A stretch of DNA of 59,357 nt from a bacterium (GTDB lineage: Bacteria > Babelota > Babeliae > Babelales > CAIQNR01). Below the pieces are notes generated by a model. The model was not told where the DNA came from. It worked only from the letters and a program-made list of their open reading frames with translations, and made no database searches. The translations under genes were made by a program, and so were the position numbers. Positions within the stretch are counted from its first letter, which is position 1. Each line of letters starts with the position of its first letter. The DNA lies in assembly GCA_947505805.1 (NCBI GenBank), contig CANNMA010000001.1, positions 1 through 59,357 of the forward strand, written 5' to 3'. Positions 45,206-54,596 of this stretch are shown here, piece after piece.

Positions 45206-47391
45206 TGGGCATCCTTTTCGCCATTGTTTTCTGCGAGAATATCTGTCGCTTTGTTAAGAAAGGTATCATTAAACCCTTCTCTTTTCAAAATTTCAAAGGC
45301 GATATTTTGATGTGATATTCCCTTTTCTAATTTATACGGATAAACGAGGTTATTATGTTCGTCAAAACGAGCTGTTACTTTATAGTTAGCAAAGAGTCCT
45401 GGATATTCTTCTTCAAGGAAAGGAACTTTTGGAAAGTGAGTAATAGTAATACACATATTATTAGGGAATGTGCTTAGTTGTTCGATAAGAGCATATGCAG
45501 CTGCTTGCCCTTCATAAAAGGTTGTTCCATTAAAAACTTCATCAACAGCAGTGAGCGTAAAGTCAGGAATTATTTGTGATTGTGCTGTTTGAATAAGTTC
45601 ACGAGCTCTGCAGGCTCCAGCTTTAAAATGTGATTTTCCAGCAGCGATATCATCTGTAATATTTAAGTAGGTAATTATTTTTGCAAAAGGAGTGAAGATA
45701 AGTGATTCTGCTGTCGCAATTCCAAATGTTTGGGCCAAAATAATATTGATTAAAAGACCTTTCATAGTGGTTGATTTACCACCAGCATTAGGGCCAGTAA
45801 CGATTATATTTTTTGGATTTGCATAACCAATCATAAGAGAATTGGAAACTGCTTTATGGGCAGGAAGGCTTGGGTTCCAAAAGTTTGTAATAGCAAGTGC
45901 CGGCTCTTGAGAACATATATATTGCGGAAAGCATACAGGAACATTCTTTGCTTCAAATTTTTTAATAAGTCTTACGCAGGATAAGTATGCATCAAGCTCA
46001 CCAACAATCATCATTGGATGCACTAATTTATTTTTCACTTTATGTAGAAGTTGATAGGCAACATTACATCTACCATACCAAGAAAAGAATGATGCTTCAC
46101 CCTGAAAGGTACTTGTTTGTAGGAGTGTTAAAAGTTGATTCATGTCTTTTGATTCTTTTCCTAGATCATTTAATTCATTTTCTAGGTTTGCAATAGCTGG
46201 GCAATAGAGTTTTAATGTTGGGCATTCACGAGTTTTTTGAGCTATTTTTTTGAGAGCATCAATATACTGTGAAGCATAAATAAGTTTTGTTTGTAAGCAG
46301 TGTCTAAAAGCGAAAATGTAGCGTAAATAATCTGGAAAAAAGAGTGCTGGATAACCAGTAAATGGTCCAACAACAAGCGTTTCTGCTCCTGTAATGGCAG
46401 GTCTAGCAGATTCAGAATACATTTTTTTAATTCCCCAAAATACAAAACCAAAGAAGCTGATGCGTGCACTTGTTGTTAAGCCATCAATATATTCTTTGAT
46501 GTCAGAGTCTTTAGAGAATAAATTAAGCCCTGTAAAATAAGAAAAACCAACTAAAGGAACGGTAAATGCAGTAAGCGCCATTACACCATTAGCAGTAACA
46601 GAACTTGCAAGTTTGGTGTAGGCATTCATTTCAACAAGTCCAGGAGTTGTATTGATATATTTTGAGGCTTTTGGCGCCCAAGAGATATTAAGTTCATCTT
46701 GTTTGAGTGCATCAAAAAAGATGTCTTCATGCCACAAAGAGAGAATAATATTTTCTGCTTCTTTAAATCGAACAAGTTCTTTTTCAAATTCTGCAAACAG
46801 CTTTTCATTCTGATAAAGTTCGCGAATAATTTTTTGATTACTTAAAAGTACTTCTGGTTGGCAGGTTGGTTCAATTAATTTTTTAAAAAAGATAACCTTA
46901 CCAGCTTCAGTTACTGTTTCATCTATTTTTGCGCCAAGATAATGAGTAACGTCCGATTTTGGTCCGCACAAGATTTCAAGATCTTGCCAAGAATTTTTAT
47001 CAAGGACTGTGTTGGGAGTAAATGGATGTTTTTTTTCATATTGGGCAAACAGCATCAGGGTGAGTCGGCGTTTTTCTTTAGGGTCAAGATGTAAATGGTC
47101 ATCAAGGGTATCAATAAGCACCTCATGCCATTTTTTGTGCCCTTTAGACTCCATATTTTCTGAAGCTTTAAAATCAGAGCTCATTTGATTCAGTGTTTTC
47201 ATGTTTTCTTGAGCAATGGTATCAAAAATAAGATTGTCTGTTTCAGGAAGAACAAAAATCGTTTGATCCGAGATAAACTTTGTAATTGATGAGGTTTCGG
47301 CGTTAATAGTTTGCGTTGAGCAGCTTATTATGAACGTTACAAGGCTCATTCTTGATATAATTGAACGAATGTCTTTGAATGTTACTACCAT
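45202..47391 (-). CDS. Membrane-spanning MutS-family ATPase (domains III and V only)
   Basis: 729 aa. Walker A VTGPNAGGKST and Walker B/D-loop LTAVDEVFNGTT. MutS core-like sequence SWQDLEILCG..THYLGAKIDETVTEAGKVIFFKKLIEP. It has an N-terminal hydrophobic segment and three central hydrophobic segments. I see no mismatch-binding GDFYE-type motif and no Smr domain. Confidence 0.7.
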   Translation of the reverse strand: MVVTFKDIRSIISRMSLVTFIISCSTQTINAETSSITKFISDQTIFVLPETDNLIFDTIAQENMKTLNQMSSDFKASENMESKGHKKWHEVLIDTLDDHLHLDPKEKRRLTLMLFAQYEKKHPFTPNTVLDKNSWQDLEILCGPKSDVTHYLGAKIDETVTEAGKVIFFKKLIEPTCQPEVLLSNQKIIRELYQNEKLFAEFEKELVRFKEAENIILSLWHEDIFFDALKQDELNISWAPKASKYINTTPGLVEMNAYTKLASSVTANGVMALTAFTVPLVGFSYFTGLNLFSKDSDIKEYIDGLTTSARISFFGFVFWGIKKMYSESARPAITGAETLVVGPFTGYPALFFPDYLRYIFAFRHCLQTKLIYASQYIDALKKIAQKTRECPTLKLYCPAIANLENELNDLGKESKDMNQLLTLLQTSTFQGEASFFSWYGRCNVAYQLLHKVKNKLVHPMMIVGELDAYLSCVRLIKKFEAKNVPVCFPQYICSQEPALAITNFWNPSLPAHKAVSNSLMIGYANPKNIIVTGPNAGGKSTTMKGLLINIILAQTFGIATAESLIFTPFAKIITYLNITDDIAAGKSHFKAGACRARELIQTAQSQIIPDFTLTAVDEVFNGTTFYEGQAAAYALIEQLSTFPNNMCITITHFPKVPFLEEEYPGLFANYKVTARFDEHNNLVYPYKLEKGISHQNIAFEILKREGFNDTFLNKATDILAENNGEKDAQ

Positions 47392-47627
47392 AATATAAGC
47401 ACCTCGTACTGATAGCGATTTAAAATATCCTCACACTTTAGAAAGCTTAGTCTAATAGACTTTTTGAATACGTCAAAATCTTTTAGGGCCTTCTAGTCGC
47501 AATATAGCTTATTTTTTACAAAATTAGTTGAAGTAATCGAAAATAGATTTGCAATAGATTTTTAGATTTTTTTGATCTATTGAACTGAAAGTAAGTAAAT
47601 ATTTTTTAATAAAGTTTTTTAAAAATC

Positions 47628-47716
47628 TGGAGGAGAGGGTGGGATTCGAACCCACGATCCTTATTAGGGATAACGGTTTTCAAGACCGCCGCAATCGACC
47701 ACTCTACCACCTCTCC
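47628..47716 (-). tRNA. tRNA-Ser (anticodon TGA)
   Basis: The reverse complement is GGAGAGG..GCGGT-cTTGAAa-ACCGT with a long variable arm, T arm GTGGG-TTCGAAT-CCCAC, and CCTCTCC-T-CCA. Confidence 0.9.
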
Positions 47717-47773
47717 AACAAGATATTTATAAATACTTCATAGGATTTACTACGCCTTAAAACGTAAAAAAAC

Positions 47774-47850
47774 TGGTGCGCCCAGAAGGAGTCGAACCTA
47801 CAACCTTCAGATCCGTAGTCTGACGCTCTATCCAATTGAGCTATGGGCGC
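47774..47850 (-). tRNA. tRNA-Arg (anticodon ACG)
   Basis: The reverse complement is GCGCCCA-TA-GCTC..TCAGA-cTACGGa-TCTGA..GTAGG-TTCGACT-CCTTC-TGGGCGC-A-CCA. Confidence 0.9.
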
Positions 47851-47995
47851 CCATAATCTATGGGTATTTTAAACTTTATATTTCATAGAACTTTTAATTG
47901 ATACTTATGTGTTGTTCTTAAGTTAAAAACAATATGGCTACATGTAGTTCTTATATCTAAAAACTAGCACCGGTCGAGGCTTAATAGGCAAAGAC

Positions 47996-48087
47996 TGGTG
48001 GAGAGAACGAGATTCGAACTCGTGATCCAGCTTCCGCCAGAAACTTGCTTAGCAGGCAAGCGCTTTCGACCACTCAGCCATCTCTCC
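47996..48087 (-). tRNA. tRNA-Ser (anticodon GCT)
   Basis: The reverse complement is GGAGAGA..CTTGC-cTGCTAa-GCAAG with a long variable arm, T arm ACGAG-TTCGAAT-CTCGT, and TCTCTCC-A-CCA. Confidence 0.9.
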
Positions 48088-48188
48088 AAAATTGTTTTTT
48101 TTCGCATATATCAATAAGGTTATAAAAGAATACGGAATTTACGTATTAATGCAAGTTTTAAAACACTCAAAAAGCTAAGTGGTTCGGT

Positions 48189-48476
48189 ATGGCGTTAATT
48201 TTTGATATAAAAGTTGTTCCCTTATCTGGTAGATTTTCTGTAATCAGAGATAAATCAGGTGAGCTTAAATGTTTTTTAAAAAGCGCTCCAGAAAAGGGCG
48301 ATGCTAATCGTGAGCTTATAAAAGAACTTTCTAAATTATTAAAAATTACTCAAAGTGAGCTTGAAATTGTGGCTGGCCTGACGAGTCGCAAGAAAAAAAT
48401 TAAAATTCATACTTCCTTTACGTATGCCCAGTTATGTATAGCTTTGGCAGTAGTTTACCAGAATCAATGTGTTTAA
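48189..48476 (+). CDS. DUF167/YggU-family small protein
   Basis: 95 aa. The pattern IKVVP..G......LK..L.SAPEKGDANRELIKELSKLL.....LEIVAGLTSRKKKIKI fits the YggU fold family. Confidence 0.6.
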   Translation: MALIFDIKVVPLSGRFSVIRDKSGELKCFLKSAPEKGDANRELIKELSKLLKITQSELEIVAGLTSRKKKIKIHTSFTYAQLCIALAVVYQNQCV

Positions 48477-48533
48477 TGGTTGGGAAATAAAGAACATAAT
48501 TTTTGAATGAAACCTGGAAAAGGAGAAGGGTCA

Positions 48534-50387
48534 ATGAAAAAAATGAATCAGATTTTTTTAATAGTAGTAGGTATGGGAACAATGTCCTTACGGGGTGCAT
48601 TGCCATCATTAAATACAGAGGTAGCTGTTTTTGAAAAAGAGATTTCAGAATTAGAGCTTGAACTTGCAGCAATGAATACTTTAGACACTCAAAAGCTAGA
48701 TCCTGTGAAGCCAGATCCTGTGAAGTCAGATCCTGTGAAGTCAGATCCTGTGAAGCCAAATCCTGTGAAGCCAAATCCTCCTACAAAGCCTGATCCTGTA
48801 AGGCCTGATCCTGTGAAGCCAAATCCTACAAAGCCTGATCCTGTGAAGCCTGATCCTGTGAAGCCTGATCCTGTGAAGCCTGATTCTACAAAGCCAAATC
48901 CTGTGACAAAGCCTGATCCTGTAAAGCCAGATCCTGTGAAGCCTGATCCTGTGACAAAGCCTGATCCTGTAAGGCCAAATCGTGTGAAGCCTGATCCTAC
49001 AAAGCCTGATCCTGTGAAGCCTGATCCTGTGAAGCCAGATCCTGTAAAGCCAGATCCTGTGAAGCCTGATCCTGTGAAGCCTGATCCTGTGAAGCCTGAT
49101 CCTGTAAAGCGAGATCCTGTGAAGCCAAATCCTGTGAAGCCTGATCCTGTGAAGCCTGATCCTGTGAAGCCAAATCCTGTGAAGCCAAATCCTGTGAAGC
49201 CAAATCCTCCTACAAAGCCTGATCCTGTAAAGCCTGATCCTGTGAAGCCAAATCCTACAAAGCCTGATCCTGTAAGGCCAGATCCTGTGAAGCCAGATCC
49301 TGTGAAGCCAAATCCTACAAAGCCTGATCCTGTAAAGCCTGATCCTGTGAAGCCAAATCCTGTGAAGCCAGATCCTACAAAGCCAGATCCTGTGAAGCCA
49401 AATCCTCCTACAAAGCCAAATCCTGTGAAGCCAGATCTAAAAAAAGAAGAGCTTCAAAAGCAGATGACAGCCCTTGTTGTTCCTTATTTAGATGCGCTTA
49501 CAGATTTAAAAGTTACACCATTTGGGAGTAAAACAGCTGGCAAGGATTCAGACCTTCTAGCTTCTCAGGAAGTTGTTGAATATCAAACATTATTAGCGAT
49601 GTATCAAAAGAAATATTATTCAAAAAAATCTGATGCTACTTTGCAAAAATATCAATTTGGTTCTGCTTTGTTACAAATTATAAATGTAAAAAATACATTC
49701 AGTTCTCAGTTATTAAATGCTGATATGGTTATGACAACAAAACAGGGTGAAACTTTGTCGCAAAATCAGGTTATGGCACTTGATCCTGATGCTGAATTAA
49801 AGAGAATTGCAGCTAGTTATGAAATGGCTTATACCGACTTCATTAATTTTTTACAAAAAAATGTAACGTTTAATTCTGTGCTTGCTCCTCTTGTGATGAT
49901 TGGATATCAAAATTTTTCTTTGTACGCTCAAGCAATTTTGAATGATACACCACTGATTTCTATTTCTGTTGTTAACCCACCTGTTGTAAAAATAGTTCCT
50001 GCTCATGTTTATAATGCAAAAGCAGATGCGTTTATTCGTGATAATTTTACCGATGAAGCCTTTAAGAAGAATTTCAATGTTACAAATTATTCAATAGTAA
50101 AGACTGTTGCGCAGTATAAAAAACTGTATTCTAAGACTGAAGAAAATGGTGCTGTCTATGAAATGTGGGCTATGTATGCTCCTGCAAGATATTTAGAGCT
50201 TCGTTATCTAGCAGGATTTGATGTTTCTTTAGAATCTTCATTTATACCTGCGTTTAATGCTTATGTTTCAACCTATAGAACTCTTTTAAATAAGCTTCCT
50301 GAGCCATATAGAACAGAGTGTTCTGAGCTTTTGCAAGAATTTCAGTTGGTAGCCGATTGTTTATCAATAGGGAATGTTCTTGGTTAA
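48534..50387 (+). CDS. Secreted protein with a ~245-aa KPDPV pentapeptide-repeat spacer and a globular C-terminal domain
   Basis: ATG 48534 follows AAAGGAG. Signal peptide MKKMNQIFLIVVGMGTMSLRG. The tandem K-P-(D/N)-P-(V/T) units are followed by a ~315-aa non-repetitive domain. Confidence 0.7.
   Translation: MKKMNQIFLIVVGMGTMSLRGALPSLNTEVAVFEKEISELELELAAMNTLDTQKLDPVKPDPVKSDPVKSDPVKPNPVKPNPPTKPDPVRPDPVKPNPTKPDPVKPDPVKPDPVKPDSTKPNPVTKPDPVKPDPVKPDPVTKPDPVRPNRVKPDPTKPDPVKPDPVKPDPVKPDPVKPDPVKPDPVKPDPVKRDPVKPNPVKPDPVKPDPVKPNPVKPNPVKPNPPTKPDPVKPDPVKPNPTKPDPVRPDPVKPDPVKPNPTKPDPVKPDPVKPNPVKPDPTKPDPVKPNPPTKPNPVKPDLKKEELQKQMTALVVPYLDALTDLKVTPFGSKTAGKDSDLLASQEVVEYQTLLAMYQKKYYSKKSDATLQKYQFGSALLQIINVKNTFSSQLLNADMVMTTKQGETLSQNQVMALDPDAELKRIAASYEMAYTDFINFLQKNVTFNSVLAPLVMIGYQNFSLYAQAILNDTPLISISVVNPPVVKIVPAHVYNAKADAFIRDNFTDEAFKKNFNVTNYSIVKTVAQYKKLYSKTEENGAVYEMWAMYAPARYLELRYLAGFDVSLESSFIPAFNAYVSTYRTLLNKLPEPYRTECSELLQEFQLVADCLSIGNVLG
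48698..49436 (+). repeat. In-frame 15-bp tandem repeat array (occasional 18-bp units)
   Basis: Units are AAGCC(T/A)(G/A)ATCCTGT(G/A). There are roughly four dozen of them, and blocks at about 48775 and 49200 show higher-order similarity. Confidence 0.9.
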
Positions 50388-50399
50388 AAGATGGTATAA

Positions 50400-50442
50400 A
50401 AGGATAGAAATAGTAAATTCGTTTGACGGATCTATCCTTTTT
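50400..50442 (+). terminator. Possible terminator after the repeat-protein gene
   Basis: AAGGATAG (50400-50407) pairs with CTATCCTT (50432-50439), followed by a T-run. The loop is long (24 nt). Confidence 0.4.
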
Positions 50443-50479
50443 CATTACTCTTTCACTTTAACTTGATTGACATAAATGC

Positions 50480-50566
50480 GCCGGGATGGCGAAATTGGTA
50501 GACGCACGGGACTCAAAATCCCGCGGTGGCGACACTATGCCGGTTCGAGTCCGGCTCCCGGCACCA
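50480..50566 (+). tRNA. tRNA-Leu (anticodon CAA)
   Basis: Acceptor GCCGGGA/TCCCGGC, anticodon arm CGGGA-cTCAAAa-TCCCG, long variable arm, T arm CCGGT-TCGAGTC-CGG, CCA encoded. Confidence 0.9.
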
Positions 50567-50618
50567 TGCTTTTATGTTTTTGCCACAGAACTTCTTAGAA
50601 ATAAAAAAGAATGAGAAT

Positions 50619-50942
50619 ATGAATAAGTCCTGTGTTTTTTGTAAAATTATTGCTCAAGAAATTCCAGCTACAATTATTGATGAAACTGATGATGTCATAG
50701 TTATCAAAGACATTAATCCTCAGGCTCCTATTCATTATTTAATTATCCCCAAAAAACATATTTCTGCTATTAGTCAAATGCAGCCAAGTGATTCTTTATT
50801 AGCGGGCTCCCTATTGATGGTGGCTCAAAAATTATCTGAAAAATCTGCTGAAACTAATCAGTTCAGATTGGTTAGTAATAATGGGGCTCAAGCAGGTCAA
50901 GTTGTATTCCATATACATATTCATTTTTTAGCTGGTTATTAA
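50619..50942 (+). CDS. HIT-family (HinT-like) nucleotide hydrolase
   Basis: CVFCKIIAQEIPA and the histidine triad VFHIHIHFLAG. The track start at 50526 overlaps tRNA-Leu, so the ATG at 50619 is used. Confidence 0.85.
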   Translation: MNKSCVFCKIIAQEIPATIIDETDDVIVIKDINPQAPIHYLIIPKKHISAISQMQPSDSLLAGSLLMVAQKLSEKSAETNQFRLVSNNGAQAGQVVFHIHIHFLAGY

Positions 50943-51076
50943 TCATCTACATTTTTTTCCAAGTCCAGTTGTCGTTATAGATGAAAAGAGTAATCAATTT
51001 TTTTTAGTAATTGCTTTTTTTTTATTGGTATAAGTAATCTTACTTTTATGGGTTACGGGGTAGTAAGGAGAAAGTA

Positions 51077-52801
51077 ATGAAGAAAAGTTTTTTATTTGTA
51101 GCAATGATTGCTGTTTCAGGATGTATTCTTGCGCCTGATCCTATTGAATTTAATCTTGAAAAAAATCCTTCTGACGATCAGTCAGGCAATCATCCTGGCG
51201 ATGATTTGGATGATCCTAATAATGATTCATCTTTAAAGCCTCATAAACCTAGGGTTGAAGGTATTAATTCTGACCCTAATCTTGCTGGTAGTCAAAAAAG
51301 ACATCCAATTTCTGGCTTGAAGCCTCCAGCTCCACAAGTTCCGATTGATACGCAGGTTGTTCAATCAACTTTTGATCAACCACTTTCTCAAGAGACTTTA
51401 AGTCAAATATTTGATTTATTGAATCACGGTAATCAGGTTCCTAGAGAAATTCCAACTACTAATAATCATCCGGTAGACAATGAAACCCTTATCGAAAAAC
51501 GTAGAATGTTTATAGATGCTGCTAAAAATGACCCTTTAATTGACGTAGCTCAAAAATATTTAGATTTGAACGAAACTGATTCTACTAATAAAACAAAAAT
51601 AATAGGGGAATTATTGGAAGGGGTGAGCGAGGTTTTATCCAATGTTCATAAAATTGATAGAATGGATGAACCAACTGTTGAAGCTTTGAGGGGGCTTGTA
51701 GCTCGAATTTATAAAGAAGAGCCAATTCTTGTTCTTGATGGTGCAACATTTTTGAATAATAAACTTATTAAACTTACCGAATCACTTTTTCGAGCACAAC
51801 ATCAAGTAGCGTCTCAACAGCTACAGGGTGAAGTGAAAATAGATAACCTTTTTTCTAATAATTTGTATTCAAAAAAAGGTATAGACGATCTTGAAAGTTT
51901 CATGACCACGCTTTTAGAAAAGCAGTATGATTTTGAACAAACCTTAGAAGCAATTTCTGCTCAAAAAATATTACTTGATGATCAATTTAAAATTATACAG
52001 TCTCATTTAACGACAAATGCTCTTTTTACTAAGCTTGAGTTGATTGAACAAGCTTTTAAGGGTGCTGTACAAAAACTTAAAAAGCAAAAACTACAAGCAT
52101 TTGAGTTTGCGGTTACACTTGGAACTAAATTGGAGTTGGCCCAAAATGAGCTTCTTTGGCAAGATTATTTACTGCAAATAGATAAGGGAACAATTTTAAA
52201 GCAGCAAATTGCTACTGAAACAGATCCAGTTGCCTTAAAGTCTTTACATCAAGCACTAGAAGAGAATGATAAACTTGTAGCTGAAAAATGGGATTTTTTC
52301 TATAAATGGATGTCCGATGTGTTACCAGAAAAACCTCAAGAGCCTTTAACTGATTGGCAAGTTTTTTTTGAAGAAGTAAAAAAAAGGGTAATGGCTTTTT
52401 TTAAAGATCTTGCAAATGCATTTTCACAAGCTAAAGGATGCTTTGATAAAGTACAAAAATTCTTTATAGCTAAAGGGAAATTTGAGATGCTTAAAAATCT
52501 TTTTCAAAAATCTTCTACTAGTAAGTCACAAATGATATCAAATAAAGTTTTTCATGATTTAGCAACTCGATTACTAAATCAACAAAAAATTGAACTGTTG
52601 GATCCAAAAAATCAGCGATGTGTTTTGATGAATGATCAGCGAAATACTCTTGTTATGGAGATACAAAGTTTTATTAATACTATTCGTGGTGGCGCTTCTA
52701 ATCAAAAAGCTACTATTGGCTCTCGTGATCAACAGCATAAAGATGAACAGATGGTTATTCAAAGTATGGATGCGGTGCAGAGTCCTTCTAAGAAAAAGTA
52801 A
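51077..52801 (+). CDS. Putative lipoprotein, largely coiled coil
   Basis: Lipobox MKKSFLFVAMIAVSGC. A Pro/Asp/Asn-rich N-terminal region is followed by ~400 aa of helical heptad-like sequence. Confidence 0.55.
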   Translation: MKKSFLFVAMIAVSGCILAPDPIEFNLEKNPSDDQSGNHPGDDLDDPNNDSSLKPHKPRVEGINSDPNLAGSQKRHPISGLKPPAPQVPIDTQVVQSTFDQPLSQETLSQIFDLLNHGNQVPREIPTTNNHPVDNETLIEKRRMFIDAAKNDPLIDVAQKYLDLNETDSTNKTKIIGELLEGVSEVLSNVHKIDRMDEPTVEALRGLVARIYKEEPILVLDGATFLNNKLIKLTESLFRAQHQVASQQLQGEVKIDNLFSNNLYSKKGIDDLESFMTTLLEKQYDFEQTLEAISAQKILLDDQFKIIQSHLTTNALFTKLELIEQAFKGAVQKLKKQKLQAFEFAVTLGTKLELAQNELLWQDYLLQIDKGTILKQQIATETDPVALKSLHQALEENDKLVAEKWDFFYKWMSDVLPEKPQEPLTDWQVFFEEVKKRVMAFFKDLANAFSQAKGCFDKVQKFFIAKGKFEMLKNLFQKSSTSKSQMISNKVFHDLATRLLNQQKIELLDPKNQRCVLMNDQRNTLVMEIQSFINTIRGGASNQKATIGSRDQQHKDEQMVIQSMDAVQSPSKKK

Positions 52802-52825
52802 CGGTTGTTTACTATAGATTAATTA

Positions 52826-54505
52826 ATGATCTTTCTTTTTAAAAATTTTGTTTTTGTTACATTGGTTTTGATATCGATAATTTTAATGAAAGATAGAAGT
52901 ATGGCATTGATTACTCTTGTATGCGCGGTTTTGTTTTCTATTTTTTCAACAAGCGTTATGGCATATATAGCGATGGCAACACCAATTGGTCCTTGGATGG
53001 GGCCAACACTCGCACTTTTAGGAATTCTTTTGATGCGATTTTTTCCATCATATACTACAGAAAAAGTTCTTTTATCAGTAGTTGCAGGATCTATTGGTGG
53101 AATTATGGCGATAGCTTTTGGATTTTCATTTCCTACCTTATATTTTCTTGATAAACCTTTTTTTACCGCATGGGCATCAAATCCGTATCAGTTTATTTCA
53201 GGAGTTACATTGCTAGCCTCTGCAGCAGGTTTTCTTGGATTATGGGTTGCTTCTATTTCGGCAAAATCCCTTTTAGAAGATCAGCAACTTGCTTTTCCTG
53301 TTGGGACATCGATTTATAAGATTACAAGTTCTTTGAATAATGTGGCCAAACTAAAACAGCTTTTAGGGGGATTTTTTGCAACTACAATCTATTCTTGCGC
53401 ACAAATGAGCAGTTGGTTTCAAACACATATTCTTCCAGAAAATCTTGTTTTAAGTAGATCTTTTTCTCTTGGTTTATTTTCTATTCCATCTATTCAATTT
53501 ACTATGAGTATGATGCCAATGCTTTGGTCTATTGGGTTTATAGCAGGAAGTATGATTACGGTGCCGCTGCTTATAGGTTCTCTTAGTAAGATTTTCATTG
53601 TTGATATTTTGAATAAATATTATTTTTCAGAGCTTTCAATTTCAGAATTTCTATTCGCCTTTTGTAGTGGAATGGTTGTAATAGGTGCATTTTATGGTCT
53701 TATTTCTATGCCAAAACAGTTATTTGATTTTTTGCAAAAGTGGATCAAAGGTTCAACTGTTAAAACTGATAGAAAATCTTTACTTATGGTTTTTTTTACC
53801 GCCCTTCCTATTTTTATCTTTGTATCGTATGTTTTTTTTCAATCTCATTTTTCATTCCCTGCGCAATGTTACAGTATTCTTTTTTCTATTATTTGTGCGT
53901 ATCAAATTGCGGTGATTGCAGGGAAAATAGGTCTTGCGCTTCTTGGAAGGTTTGCAACTTTTGTTATGGTCCCCGGTATGTTTTTATTTGGACTTGATGC
54001 CTTGCAAGTTACGGTACTGGCAACGTTTGTGGAGGCTTGTGGTGGAATAGCAACAGATGGTCTTTTTGGTCGTAAAGCGGGAATGCTTGCAGGAATTGAT
54101 CAAAAAAGAATTGCTCGGTATCAGTTATTTGGAGTTGTTGTTTGTTCAATAACTTTGGGTGTGGTTATGTGGTTGCTGGTGAATCATTTTGAATTAGGAT
54201 CAGAGGTATTGTTTGCTGAAAGAGCTCAAGGAAGAGCGCTTTTGGTGAAGGCGATTCATTTTGATTATTACGTTGTGTTATGTGGTATTGCATATGGATT
54301 TATTCTTAAATGTACTCAGGTTAATCCTATGCTAGTACTTGGAGGTCTTTTAATGCCTCTTTCAATGACCCTTGGGTTGGTCTTTGGTGGAATATCGTCA
54401 TTACTTGTTGGCAAAAAAATTGATCTTGAGCCATTGTGTTCGGGTATGCTTGCCGCATATGCATTTTTCATGATTATTCAAGCTGTGATTGTATTTATGC
54501 ATTAA
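52826..54505 (+). CDS. Polytopic membrane protein, possibly an OPT-family transporter
   Basis: 559 aa with about 14 hydrophobic segments. The N-terminal pattern (AYIAMATPIGPWMGPTLA..EKVLLSVVAGSIGGIMAIAFGFSFPTLYF) resembles bacterial OPT proteins. This is recalled by eye only. Confidence 0.4.
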   Translation: MIFLFKNFVFVTLVLISIILMKDRSMALITLVCAVLFSIFSTSVMAYIAMATPIGPWMGPTLALLGILLMRFFPSYTTEKVLLSVVAGSIGGIMAIAFGFSFPTLYFLDKPFFTAWASNPYQFISGVTLLASAAGFLGLWVASISAKSLLEDQQLAFPVGTSIYKITSSLNNVAKLKQLLGGFFATTIYSCAQMSSWFQTHILPENLVLSRSFSLGLFSIPSIQFTMSMMPMLWSIGFIAGSMITVPLLIGSLSKIFIVDILNKYYFSELSISEFLFAFCSGMVVIGAFYGLISMPKQLFDFLQKWIKGSTVKTDRKSLLMVFFTALPIFIFVSYVFFQSHFSFPAQCYSILFSIICAYQIAVIAGKIGLALLGRFATFVMVPGMFLFGLDALQVTVLATFVEACGGIATDGLFGRKAGMLAGIDQKRIARYQLFGVVVCSITLGVVMWLLVNHFELGSEVLFAERAQGRALLVKAIHFDYYVVLCGIAYGFILKCTQVNPMLVLGGLLMPLSMTLGLVFGGISSLLVGKKIDLEPLCSGMLAAYAFFMIIQAVIVFMH

Positions 54506-54596
54506 AAGCTTTATTCTACGTATCTTTATTCTCTGCTTATAGCAGTAAAGAGAATAAGCAAAGTGCAGTGCGTGAATTTTCTTCCGAAAAATAGAT

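Noticed and set aside
48418-49203. Minus-strand ORFs 48418-48774 and 48997-49203 (MASQDLASQDL...), and the idea that the periodic array is a CRISPR
   Set aside because: These ORFs are artefacts of reading the 15-bp repeat on the opposite strand. The units are contiguous with no spacers, only 15-18 bp long, and in frame within a signal-peptide protein.
50526-50618. N-terminal extension of the HIT-protein ORF
   Set aside because: It overlaps the 3' half of tRNA-Leu. The conserved HIT domain begins at the ATG at 50619.
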